NCBI GenBank assembly: GCA_041662445.1
Contig: JBAZSL010000007.1
Location: forward strand, 7,064-71,063
DNA length: 64,000 nucleotides
Origin: Candidatus Babeliales bacterium
GTDB taxonomy: Bacteria; Babelota; Babeliae; Babelales; RVW-14
Direction: 5' to 3'
Part shown: positions 20,431 to 29,778 of the stretch, piece by piece
Layout: the number at the start of each line of letters is the position of its first letter
How positions within the stretch are numbered: position 1 is the stretch's first letter
Translations under genes and position numbers: made by a program
The notes under the pieces: generated by a model
Told to the model about the DNA's origin: nothing
Databases searched by the model: none
What the model saw: the letters and a program-made list of their open reading frames with translations, nothing else

Positions 20431-21270
20431 ATGACAGAGACGTTGCGCTTTTTATGTATTGGTGATGTTGTTGGTCAGCCCGGGGTCTCCGTTTTTCAAC
20501 GATGGGTTCCTAAGCTTAAACAAAAATATGCCATTGATGCTGTTATTGTTAATGGTGAAAATGCGGCCAAGAACGGCAAAGGCCTTACCGCTAAAACTAT
20601 AGATTTTTTCAAACACAATGGTGCCAACATCGTAACTACCGGCAACCATGTCTGGGAACAACGGGAGGTATACACGGCACTTAATGAGCGTGACGATGTA
20701 ACGCGTCCCGCCAATTATCCACCCGGTTGCCCTGGTAAAGGGTATGCATTTTGCCTTGTTAAGGGTGTGACGGTTGCGGTTGTTAATCTTCATGGGCGTG
20801 TATTCATTCATGACTTGCTTGATTGTCCTTTTAGGGCTGTTGAGTCGCTTTTGACGTTTATTACCACCAAGACGAACATCATTTTTGTTGATTTTCATGC
20901 TGAGGCCTCATCGGAAAAAAATGCCATGGGGCTTTATCTTGATGGCAAAGTTTCTTGCGTCTTTGGTACACATACTCATGTTCAGACAGCTGATGAGCGG
21001 ATTTTGCCCCAGGGAACCGGCTTTATAACCGATCTTGGGAGTTGCTCTGCGCAGAATTCAATCATTGGTATGCAGCAGACAGAGGTTTTGCAAAAATTTT
21101 TATTTCATCCACGCATGGGCAAATTTGTAGTTGAACACAGAGGCCCCATCGTTTTTTCTGGTGCATTGGTGGAGGTTGATGTGACAACCGGCAAAACAGT
21201 CAAAATTGAACGTGTCCATATTGTTGACGAAGAGATGAGTCCATCAACGAGCAGCGATGTAGCGTTCTAA
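20431..21270 (+). CDS. ymdB: YmdB-family metallophosphoesterase (2',3'-cyclic-nucleotide phosphodiesterase)
   Basis: LRFLCIGDVVGQPG…VIVNGENAA…GNHVW…DFHAE…GTHTHVQTAD motifs. It sits directly after rny, as in Bacillus. ATG at 20431. Confidence 0.85.
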   Translation: MTETLRFLCIGDVVGQPGVSVFQRWVPKLKQKYAIDAVIVNGENAAKNGKGLTAKTIDFFKHNGANIVTTGNHVWEQREVYTALNERDDVTRPANYPPGCPGKGYAFCLVKGVTVAVVNLHGRVFIHDLLDCPFRAVESLLTFITTKTNIIFVDFHAEASSEKNAMGLYLDGKVSCVFGTHTHVQTADERILPQGTGFITDLGSCSAQNSIIGMQQTEVLQKFLFHPRMGKFVVEHRGPIVFSGALVEVDVTTGKTVKIERVHIVDEEMSPSTSSDVAF

Positions 21271-21279
21271 AGAGGCGTC

Positions 21280-22326
21280 ATGCTCGTTGGTTACTTTCTT
21301 AAATCTTTCTTTTATCAGTGGTGCGTTTTCTTTATGGTACTCACGGGGGTCTTTGCCTCGTGTAACCTTTTTCTACGTCTTCCCTTTATTGCAGATGCGG
21401 GAGCTATTCCGTTACTTGTTTTAACCATGCTGCCACTGATGACGCTTTTTTCGCTCCCAATTTCATCATCTCTGGCCATTGCAACGGTACGAGCCCAACA
21501 TGTTATCCATCAGGAGTTCTTAGTATTATCGTTTTTTAAAAATGCGCGCCGTGCTCTGATGCAGGCCATTTTGATATTTTCAGTGCTTGCAACTCTGTTA
21601 TACGTCATTCTTGTTTTTCAACTGGCACCTCAAAGTTACCAAAAAGGTAAGCAGTTGCTTATTAAAGCTGCCCAGGAACGTCTTTTATCGTTGGAGCCAA
21701 ATAAATTCCATGCTCCGTTTTCTTCGTTAACATTTTTCTTCCGTGAAAAAGATAAACGTGATCCAGAGAATCCTGCATTCAATAAACTTTTTTTAGTGTT
21801 TATCCCTGCACGCGAACGTAACGAACGGTACTTTTTTACTGCAGACCGAGGATGGATAAAGCGCGATAGACTGTTTCTGTGTAATGGATCAATGCATACA
21901 TTTAAGGGTGGCCATATCCACAGCGCGACATTTCAGGAAACAGAAATAGACTTTCAACGTTTTATTGATGCTGAAAAGAATCGTACCCAGCTTTCAAATC
22001 TTAAATTTTCTACGTGGGATAAACTTCTTGCCTCATGGAGGACTGAGCGTGATGCTCGTATTGAGTTTCATAAACGGATTGCACAGTCGTTGTGGCAGTT
22101 CTTTTCTCCCTTTATCGTTTTTTTTCTTGCAAGCGCGTTGTGTCTGACCTCGCTGATAGCCAATGTAATGCTCTGTGGCGTTGTGTATCTTTTTTCTTAT
22201 ATTTCGATGACGGGAGCGCAAACGCAGGGGACTGCACCCTGGCTTGCCTTATTGTTTTTGTATTTACCTTTGTTATGTTCAGTTGGTTGTAGCTTTTATG
22301 TGTATATGCGCCACGGGCGACTATAA
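21280..22326 (+). CDS. LptF/LptG (YjgP/YjgQ)-family permease-like membrane protein
   Basis: 348 aa. Three N-terminal TM segments, a large soluble loop, then three C-terminal TM segments. The N-terminus MLVGYFLKSFFYQW… resembles the family. The assignment rests on architecture. Confidence 0.5.
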   Translation: MLVGYFLKSFFYQWCVFFMVLTGVFASCNLFLRLPFIADAGAIPLLVLTMLPLMTLFSLPISSSLAIATVRAQHVIHQEFLVLSFFKNARRALMQAILIFSVLATLLYVILVFQLAPQSYQKGKQLLIKAAQERLLSLEPNKFHAPFSSLTFFFREKDKRDPENPAFNKLFLVFIPARERNERYFFTADRGWIKRDRLFLCNGSMHTFKGGHIHSATFQETEIDFQRFIDAEKNRTQLSNLKFSTWDKLLASWRTERDARIEFHKRIAQSLWQFFSPFIVFFLASALCLTSLIANVMLCGVVYLFSYISMTGAQTQGTAPWLALLFLYLPLLCSVGCSFYVYMRHGRL

Positions 22327-22335
22327 AAGGATGGT

Positions 22336-23229
22336 ATGTTTCTTGTTGTTGTTTTGTATGCCCTTCTCGCGTTGACATTCCCATTGGCAAAAAAAGCGGT
22401 CTGCTATGCGCATCCCAGCTTTTTAATTGGCTTTCGCATGCTTATTGCCGGGACATTTCTTTTAAGTTATCAGTACCTGTTTAAACGTGCGCGATGTTCT
22501 ATTAACCGTTCTGACTGGTGGCTTTTTTTCAAAACATCGTTGTTTCACATCTTTTTTGCGTTTACGCTTGAATTTTGGGCGCTGCAATATGTTACGGCGC
22601 TTAAAACAACGCTTATTTATGCCTCAACGCCATTTATCGCCGCCATATTGAGTTATCTGCTTATCAAAGAGCATCTTTCACTGCATAAAATTATTGGCAT
22701 CGTTATTGGACTTTGCAGCCTTCTACCAGTAATTGCTGCTGCGACAACGGGGCCAGAGTCGGCCATGGAGGTTGCGCGGATTTCATTGCCGGAGATATGT
22801 CTTTTGGGCTCTGTTATTTCTGCAACCTATGCATGGTTTTTGGTCAAAGAGCTTATGATAAAAAACTATTCGCTCAGCCTCATTAATGGTGTGGCGATGT
22901 TTATTGGTGGCGTGTTAAGTATGATTTTGGCTGCTTTTGTCGGCGGATTTAACCACCCGGTGTCTGCATGGATGCCTTTTTTAGGATGGGTTGGGTTATT
23001 GATTCTGGTTGCCAATATTGTTGTTTACAATCTTTACGGCTGGCTGTTGCACCGTTATTCAATAACATTTTTAACTTTTGCCGGTTTCTTGTGTCCAAGT
23101 TTTGGCATGCTCTATGAATGGCTTTTTATGGGTGGGGTAGTGACCTGGAATCATCTCATAAGCTTGGTGCTTGTCACCTTCGGCTTGTATATCTTTTATC
23201 GTGGCGAGTTGCGGGTACGAGGTCGATGA
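22336..23229 (+). CDS. EamA/DMT-superfamily transporter
   Basis: 297 aa with 10 TM segments in a duplicated 5+5 arrangement typical of EamA. Confidence 0.7.
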   Translation: MFLVVVLYALLALTFPLAKKAVCYAHPSFLIGFRMLIAGTFLLSYQYLFKRARCSINRSDWWLFFKTSLFHIFFAFTLEFWALQYVTALKTTLIYASTPFIAAILSYLLIKEHLSLHKIIGIVIGLCSLLPVIAAATTGPESAMEVARISLPEICLLGSVISATYAWFLVKELMIKNYSLSLINGVAMFIGGVLSMILAAFVGGFNHPVSAWMPFLGWVGLLILVANIVVYNLYGWLLHRYSITFLTFAGFLCPSFGMLYEWLFMGGVVTWNHLISLVLVTFGLYIFYRGELRVRGR

Positions 23230-23266
23230 TGTCTATGTCAGCTGCAGCGTTAATGAGCGTTCCCTA

Positions 23267-24775
23267 TTAAAGTAATTCCTCATACTTTATCGGAAAAATT
23301 AATGCGTCTTTGAAGTCTGTTGGTTCAGCTTCAGGTTTTACCGCAGGGCCAAAAAGATCAACATCAGCGTGAGCTTTGGCTTTTGCAGTTTGTTCATCGT
23401 TATTTTTTTTATAAAACGCAATAAGATTCTCCGGGAATGCGGCGATGATTCTTTCCCTGTAGTTTATATAATTTCCCCAACTGTCAATCGCAGAGTCTTT
23501 TGCCGCAGTAGCCCCATTATAAGACACACGGAGGTTCTGATCTGAAGTTTCTTCAAAAGTGAAAAGGGGATACGTTGGAGCCGCATAAAAAAAGAATGGA
23601 GATTTATGATTCAAAAGGGCGATAAAAGGAGAATCTTTAAAGGGGAAATCTTTTCTCTCTTTGGTATATATTACACCACGGAAAGTAAAAGTGAAAAAGC
23701 GCTGCGCAACCGGTGCTTCATTGATCTGTGTACGCCGGTCAATACCTCCTGATGATAATCTGACATAGGTAAGCAGCTTGAATCGCTCGAGAGGATCATA
23801 AACTGCATTCCAGCTATAGAGAAAAAAGTTATCAGGATACAACTTTTTATAATCCAAATATGCATGGGCAAGTCCCGACGGTGTGTCATAGCAATTTTTG
23901 TCCACAAAATAACCGATAAAAACGATTTTTTTATTTTCTGCTTTTTGAGCAAAAAAAGCTCTTAAAAATCCAAAAAATGAATGGTAATAATAAATTGGAA
24001 TCATGGTTGCAAAAAGTTTAAGCGTAATATTTGAAAACCCTGTTTCGTGAGTAAAGTTGATGGTGTTGTTGTTTGAAACTACAATTTTGCCATCAAATGT
24101 TACCTGCTTTTCAGTTATTTCCTTTTTGGTTGGGTTAAAAGGAAGTTTGAGCTGGCGGGCAAGCGCAGAAATAAAATCTTCGCTTAATAATATTTTGGTG
24201 TGTCTGGATCCTTCAATAATAATTCCTTCTTTGAGAGGGTATTGAGAATAAAGTGGATCAATGAGAAAAATTGAAACACTTTTTTGTGGAAAGTTTTTTG
24301 TCAGCGTGTCGAAAATAAACTCTGGAGCAATTTGTTCATGGACTATGTTGGGGCCAATGACCAGTACGACTACATCGCTTTTATCTTTTGCAAATTCGTC
24401 GACAAGCAGTTTTATTTCAGGGAAAAAGCGCTCTTTGCCGCCGATAAACGAGCTTTCTTCGCCTAGTTCTTTTTCATCGTCACCGTTGAATGCCAGCCCT
24501 TCAAACCACTTGTTTTTATGCGTTTGAATATGCCATAAGGTGCTTATTGCCGACGATGCATCTTGAAGATGGTCTTGAAGTATTGATGCAACATTTTGCA
24601 TGTGTTGCTGAGTGGCATTACGGGCAACCGTACGTTGGAGATCTTTGGTCAGCCCTTTGAAGAGGGCGGTGTTTGTTGCTTCTGATACACCTTGTCCTCC
24701 CATCGCATTGAGCGATGAAAGATAGCAACTGATAATACAAAATGTTGCAAATACAGTGATTCTAGCTCTCCTCAT
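23267..24775 (-). CDS. hypothetical secreted protein (~503 aa)
   Basis: A strong RBS AAAGGAG lies 5 nt before the ATG at 24775, inside the 3' end of gmk. Signal-peptide-like MRRARITVFATFCIISCYLSSLNA. No recognisable domain. Confidence 0.6.
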   Translation of the reverse strand: MRRARITVFATFCIISCYLSSLNAMGGQGVSEATNTALFKGLTKDLQRTVARNATQQHMQNVASILQDHLQDASSAISTLWHIQTHKNKWFEGLAFNGDDEKELGEESSFIGGKERFFPEIKLLVDEFAKDKSDVVVLVIGPNIVHEQIAPEFIFDTLTKNFPQKSVSIFLIDPLYSQYPLKEGIIIEGSRHTKILLSEDFISALARQLKLPFNPTKKEITEKQVTFDGKIVVSNNNTINFTHETGFSNITLKLFATMIPIYYYHSFFGFLRAFFAQKAENKKIVFIGYFVDKNCYDTPSGLAHAYLDYKKLYPDNFFLYSWNAVYDPLERFKLLTYVRLSSGGIDRRTQINEAPVAQRFFTFTFRGVIYTKERKDFPFKDSPFIALLNHKSPFFFYAAPTYPLFTFEETSDQNLRVSYNGATAAKDSAIDSWGNYINYRERIIAAFPENLIAFYKKNNDEQTAKAKAHADVDLFGPAVKPEAEPTDFKDALIFPIKYEELL

Positions 24776-24785
24776 GGGGACTCCT

Positions 24786-25367
24786 TTATCGCTTAATTTC
24801 ATCAATCACAATTCGTACCGTAGCATCAATTGCCTTTTGCAAATCATCATTCATCACATGATGAGAAAAAAAATGTTCTTTTTTTTCTTCTGCAATTTCT
24901 TGCGCAGCAAGCTTAATGCGTCGCTGAATGACTGCTTCAGCATCTGTTCCGCGTTTGCGTAACCGTTGTGCTATAACCGCGGCGTCAGGAACGGTAAGCC
25001 AAATAAGTACCGCATCAGGAATATTTTTCTTCCATGCATGTGCGCCATTGCGATCAGTAACAGCAATAAATGATTTTCCCAGTTCAAGGTCGGTACAGAT
25101 TGAGCGTGGTGAGCCATACCACTTACCGTCATAATTATTGGTTTCTAGAAAAAAGTTGGCCTCTTTTTTCTCAAGAAAGTCTTTTTCAGTAACAAAGTGA
25201 TAGTCGATACCGTTCTTTTCGCCAGGGCGTCGGGGACGGGTGGTGTAGGTGATGACGCGTGAGAAGGGATATTGTTTCCCAACAATACTTAATACGTTGG
25301 TAGCGATGGTTGTTTTCCCGCCGCCGGTTGGCGCGGAGAGGATAAAAAGGACGCCTTTACTTTGCAT
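24786..25367 (-). CDS. gmk: guanylate kinase
   Basis: P-loop LSAPTGGGKTT, …TTRPRRPGEKNGIDYHFV… motif. 193 aa. Confidence 0.92.
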   Translation of the reverse strand: MQSKGVLFILSAPTGGGKTTIATNVLSIVGKQYPFSRVITYTTRPRRPGEKNGIDYHFVTEKDFLEKKEANFFLETNNYDGKWYGSPRSICTDLELGKSFIAVTDRNGAHAWKKNIPDAVLIWLTVPDAAVIAQRLRKRGTDAEAVIQRRIKLAAQEIAEEKKEHFFSHHVMNDDLQKAIDATVRIVIDEIKR

Positions 25368-25606
25368 ATGTTTCTGCCCGTTTATAAGATGCTGCTAATT
25401 TTCCCTCAATTACGCTGAGCTGAGCCGTATCACACTGCTGCTTAGTGATTTCTCCCGTGGAGACTTTGGCGGCGCTTGGTGGCCATGCAGCCCGAGTAGC
25501 CTCTCTGCTTAAAGTTTAAAATTGGACACCCTTTAAAGAATTATTTCACTTTTTCTGCAAATTCTCTATATCTTTGTGTCCTGTGCGTTATATACAAGGA
25601 TAACTG

Positions 25607-27337
25607 GTGCTAAACCTTCGACAGATTCTTTCTGCAACGTTACTTACAGTTACCGTGCTGTTCTGCCAGGCCGGTACACCAAAACTTTCTGCAGCATTGC
25701 ACACCGAACCGGTAGTTAAAATATGGTCGATGGTAGCGCCGCATAGATCAATTGTGGTGGCTGACCTTTCATTGCACAAGTTTCTTCTGATTGTGCGCTT
25801 TAATATCGGGGCGTATCTCAAAGAAACCGCAGGTAAAGATAGTAGCAATTATCATAAAATGCAGGCGTGCGCAGCTGCGCTTGGTATCGTAGACAAGGCC
25901 ATTGAGCTGCTCCGTGAAAGCGTCAACGCCTTTAATAATCACTGCGTATCATACAATCCTGATATTGAAGCACGATTTTATAACCTATGTACCTACTTTG
26001 ATGATGTTGGCATCGCAAATCTTGAGCCGCGGCATGTGAGAGCTTTTGGCAAATCGGTTGCCGAATTTAATAGGTATATCTCGACCTATTATATGGACCG
26101 CAAAAGATTTTTATGCAAAGAAGATAGTGAGCTGTTTGAACGACTCATCAGACTTAATCTGATTTTGTCCGTTAGCCTGGTGAGTTCTGACTATATTGAT
26201 GTTGCCTGGTATGACAAAGTTATGGATTGGTTGCTGTATAGACCACTTGAATTTGCCAGCGATCATCCGTGGGTTGTAACGGCTGCATGTGTCGCTGTTA
26301 TATGTGCTGGCGCCTATTATCTTCACCAATCGCATCAGAAATCCTTGTATGCTATTTCTTATAAAGAAGTTCCGGGGCAGAAATGCAGGGAATGTGGGGT
26401 TAACGCTGTTGTTAATGCGCTGGTTCTTGCTCATCCTGAACTTGAATCACGCCATGCAGAACTTGTTGCTTCCGGGCGGCAGTACGTTGAGGATACGCGT
26501 AAAGCTAAGGTAGCCCCACCAGTACAGCAGGGTACTGCCAACCAGACACCAGAAGTCAAAGTGCAACCTCAAATCCCCGTTCGTGCGCAGGATCTTGATT
26601 TTCAGGAAGTGCAGGATTTGCTACAACACATTGCCGACCATGCCATTGCTGGTCAAAAGTTAAATGTTGCTAATATTGTTGCGGTGCAGGATGCGCGCAT
26701 ATCAACGCCAAGCATAGTGACTAAAGAATTGTTTGAGAGCTTTAAAGGTTTTCATAACCAACAATCGCAGGTGTGTGTGCTCTACCTTGGGTCTTTGCAG
26801 GTTGGTGGGTATGGCCATTGGATTGCCGTTCGTATTGAGCCATCGCCACAAGCTCCTGGCGGAATTCGAGCGCTTGTAGCCGATTCGCTTGGCGGTTGTT
26901 CGTTCCTGGACTCGTTCTTTGGTGGCGTCAACCCTAACCTTAAGTTATTGCTTGATTTCTACCATGCGCACAACCCGCTACTTGCACCTCTTCTGCCCCA
27001 AAACTTTAATTTTCAGGAGTTTATCCACGCTTTTCAGGAAGTAGAAAACGTTGCTGGCATTCTGGGCGCTGATGCGCAGGGATCAGTGCAAGACAAGGCA
27101 ACTCGTGGTTGTGGAGCATTTGCTAACGGCTTTAATGGTTTATCGGTCATGGGTTTTGATGCTACCGCCTACCCAACGTGGAAGCAATCATTTGAACAGG
27201 CGTTTGCGACACTTAAGGCATATTGCCTTGAGAACAAAATAAATCTGAATATTCCCAACCAGGCACCATTTGCCATGACGCAAGCAACAAGTTTTGAACA
27301 ATTTATTGGTTGGTGTCGAGGTTTGGGCGGAAATTAG
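25607..27337 (+). CDS. signal-peptide/TM protein with papain-fold Cys-protease domain resembling UCH/Josephin deubiquitinases
   Basis: GTG start with AAGGA RBS. Signal peptide and a TM helix at about aa 220-240. Q258-x4-C263-G-V-N-A-V-V-N, then GGYGH404WIAVRI and ALVAD426SLGG form a Q/C/H/D arrangement. Confidence 0.55.
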   Translation: MLNLRQILSATLLTVTVLFCQAGTPKLSAALHTEPVVKIWSMVAPHRSIVVADLSLHKFLLIVRFNIGAYLKETAGKDSSNYHKMQACAAALGIVDKAIELLRESVNAFNNHCVSYNPDIEARFYNLCTYFDDVGIANLEPRHVRAFGKSVAEFNRYISTYYMDRKRFLCKEDSELFERLIRLNLILSVSLVSSDYIDVAWYDKVMDWLLYRPLEFASDHPWVVTAACVAVICAGAYYLHQSHQKSLYAISYKEVPGQKCRECGVNAVVNALVLAHPELESRHAELVASGRQYVEDTRKAKVAPPVQQGTANQTPEVKVQPQIPVRAQDLDFQEVQDLLQHIADHAIAGQKLNVANIVAVQDARISTPSIVTKELFESFKGFHNQQSQVCVLYLGSLQVGGYGHWIAVRIEPSPQAPGGIRALVADSLGGCSFLDSFFGGVNPNLKLLLDFYHAHNPLLAPLLPQNFNFQEFIHAFQEVENVAGILGADAQGSVQDKATRGCGAFANGFNGLSVMGFDATAYPTWKQSFEQAFATLKAYCLENKINLNIPNQAPFAMTQATSFEQFIGWCRGLGGN

Positions 27338-27395
27338 GTATATTCTTATTCCCAATATTCAGATAAAAAGTTTTCTCTTTTACGAAAGTTAACCC

Positions 27396-28829
27396 ATGAC
27401 AAAGCTGCCTGATATTCATACACATTTTGCTGAGTGGTACCAAGAGGTTCTTGTTCAGGCTGAAGTTATTGACGCCAGCCCGACGCGAGGCTGCTTCGTC
27501 ATCCGTCCTTATGGTTATGCCCTATGGGAAAACATTCAAAAAGAATTGGATAAACGCATTAAAGAGCTTGGGGCTCAAAATGCCTATTTCCCTCTTCTGA
27601 TTCCAAAATCATTTCTTGAACGGGAAGAAAAACATATCGAGGGATTTTCTCCCGAACTCGCCGTTGTTACCATCGGTGGGGGAAAAGAGTTGGAGGAGCC
27701 ACTTGTTGTCCGTCCTACCTCTGAAACAATTATTTATTCCATGTTTGCCAAATGGATCTCTTCATGGCGCGATCTGCCTATGGCGGTCAATCAATGGGCT
27801 AATGTAGTTCGCTGGGAAATGAGAACGCGTCCATTTGTCCGTAGCTTAGAATTTTTGTGGCAAGAAGGGCATACGGCGCACCGTACCCATGAGGAAGCGG
27901 TTGCGATGGCAACAGCAGCTCTTGCTATCTACAAAGATGTCTATGAAAACTTTTTGGCAGTGCCGGCTATCGAAGGCATTAAAACCGAGAGTGAACGTTT
28001 TGCTGGCGCCGAACAAACCTATACCGTCGAAGGCCTGATGCCCGATGGCAAGGCGCTTCAAATGGCAACGTCACATCTTCTAGCGCTCAGCTTCCCTGAA
28101 TCTTTTGAGGTGCATTACCAAGATCAGGATGGCACGGTTCGTGTTCCTTATTGTACCAGTTGGGGTATGACAACGCGTTCGGTTGGAGCGGTTATCATGG
28201 CACACGGAGATGAGCAGGGGTTGGTAATGCCACCACGTGTTGCGCCTGTTCAGGCTGTTTTGATTCCGATCTACAAAACACCAGAAGAGCGCTCTGCAAT
28301 TCTTGAAAAGCTTGAAAATTTACGGTGCGATCTGGTTGCTGCCGGACTACGCGTTATTATTGATGATAACCAAGCAACAACACCTGGCGCTAAGTTTTTT
28401 CATTGGGAACTGCGCGGTGTGCCGGTGCGTATTGAAATGGGCCCAAAAGATATGGCTGCTGATCAGGTGGTCATGGTAAATCGTACCGAACGCGATAAAG
28501 CCAAAAAGAAAACTGCCGTTGCTCGTGAGCAAGCAAAGTCCCATCTGCTGAGCCTTCTTGACACCATTCAGAACAATCTCTTGTCAAATGCTCGAACCCG
28601 GATGCAGAGTCAGTGGTACCAAGCCGAAAAAATTGCCGAGTTTGGGAGTCGGCTTGATAAAGACAATGGGTTGTATCAGACAGGGTGGTGTGGTAAGGCG
28701 GAATGTGAAGCTGCAGTCAAGGAGTACAAAGGTACCGTTCGTTGCATCCTCCAAGAGCGCCGTCACAAAGAGTGTCTACATTGTTCGGCTGCAAGTCACG
28801 CCGATATCCTGGTGGCAAAAGCATACTGA
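27396..28829 (+). CDS. proS: prolyl-tRNA synthetase, archaeal/eukaryote-like type
   Basis: 477 aa with class II motifs and no bacterial INS editing insertion. Cys-rich C-terminal domain ending in ...VAKAY (terminal Tyr). Confidence 0.9.
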   Translation: MTKLPDIHTHFAEWYQEVLVQAEVIDASPTRGCFVIRPYGYALWENIQKELDKRIKELGAQNAYFPLLIPKSFLEREEKHIEGFSPELAVVTIGGGKELEEPLVVRPTSETIIYSMFAKWISSWRDLPMAVNQWANVVRWEMRTRPFVRSLEFLWQEGHTAHRTHEEAVAMATAALAIYKDVYENFLAVPAIEGIKTESERFAGAEQTYTVEGLMPDGKALQMATSHLLALSFPESFEVHYQDQDGTVRVPYCTSWGMTTRSVGAVIMAHGDEQGLVMPPRVAPVQAVLIPIYKTPEERSAILEKLENLRCDLVAAGLRVIIDDNQATTPGAKFFHWELRGVPVRIEMGPKDMAADQVVMVNRTERDKAKKKTAVAREQAKSHLLSLLDTIQNNLLSNARTRMQSQWYQAEKIAEFGSRLDKDNGLYQTGWCGKAECEAAVKEYKGTVRCILQERRHKECLHCSAASHADILVAKAY

Positions 28830-28847
28830 TTCTTTGGGGAGATAAGG

Positions 28848-29765
28848 GTGAATGGCGTAGGGCAAGCACTTGCTCAATTTCATGCGTATTTGATAACTGA
28901 AAAGCGCGTTGCGAATAATACTTTTATGGCGTATCGACGCGATATTGACCATCTTAATGCTTTTTTACTGCGTGAGAAAGTTCCTTTTGATAAAATCAGC
29001 AAACGGCATCTTACTGCCTATATAAAAACGCTCAAAGAGCAGGGGCTTTCGGCACGATCTTTATCTCGTAAAATCTCAACGTTTAAACTATTTTTTCGAT
29101 TCATTACGACAAACTTTCATCATGCCAATGCGGCGCAAGGGTTGGTATTTCCCAAGCTTGAAAAAACACTGCCACGTTATTTAACTGAACAAGAAATTGA
29201 AAAACTTCTATCCGCCGCAAACCGTGATGGCTCACATAAAGGTGTTCGTAACAAAGTCATGCTCTATATGCTCTATGCTACGGGAATGCGGGTATCAGAG
29301 CTGGTCAATGTTACTATTGATCAAATTCTTTTCGACGAGGGCTTTATTTGTATTCATGGCAAAGGTGGCAAGGATCGTATGGTGCCACTGCCAAAAAATA
29401 TTATCGAATTGTTACGCTACTATTTAACGCATGTGCATCCAAAAATGGTGCGTCCTAATATCGAAGAGGCTCAACAGCCGCGATATATGTTCGCAACCTG
29501 CCATCGCGGACACATTAAGCCCCTTTCGCGCCAATCGCTGTGGATAGCGCTCAAAAAAGTAGTGCGGCAGGCGGCTATTGTAAAGAATATATCGCCACAT
29601 AGTTTACGGCACTCGCTTGCTACGCATTTACTCAGCAAAGGTGCGGATTTACGTTCGTTGCAGCTTCTTTTGGGGCATCAAAATTTATCTGCCGTTCAAA
29701 TTTATACGCATCTTGGTGACGCTACGCTCAGGAAAATTTACGACGCCAAGCATCCCCGTGCATAA
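28848..29765 (+). CDS. tyrosine recombinase XerC/XerD family
   Basis: N-terminal SAM-like domain plus a catalytic domain with R…HxLRH…Y (…SPHSLRHSLATHLL…LLGHQNLSAVQIYTHL). GTG start. Confidence 0.85.
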   Translation: MNGVGQALAQFHAYLITEKRVANNTFMAYRRDIDHLNAFLLREKVPFDKISKRHLTAYIKTLKEQGLSARSLSRKISTFKLFFRFITTNFHHANAAQGLVFPKLEKTLPRYLTEQEIEKLLSAANRDGSHKGVRNKVMLYMLYATGMRVSELVNVTIDQILFDEGFICIHGKGGKDRMVPLPKNIIELLRYYLTHVHPKMVRPNIEEAQQPRYMFATCHRGHIKPLSRQSLWIALKKVVRQAAIVKNISPHSLRHSLATHLLSKGADLRSLQLLLGHQNLSAVQIYTHLGDATLRKIYDAKHPRA

Positions 29766-29778
29766 GACAATACACATC

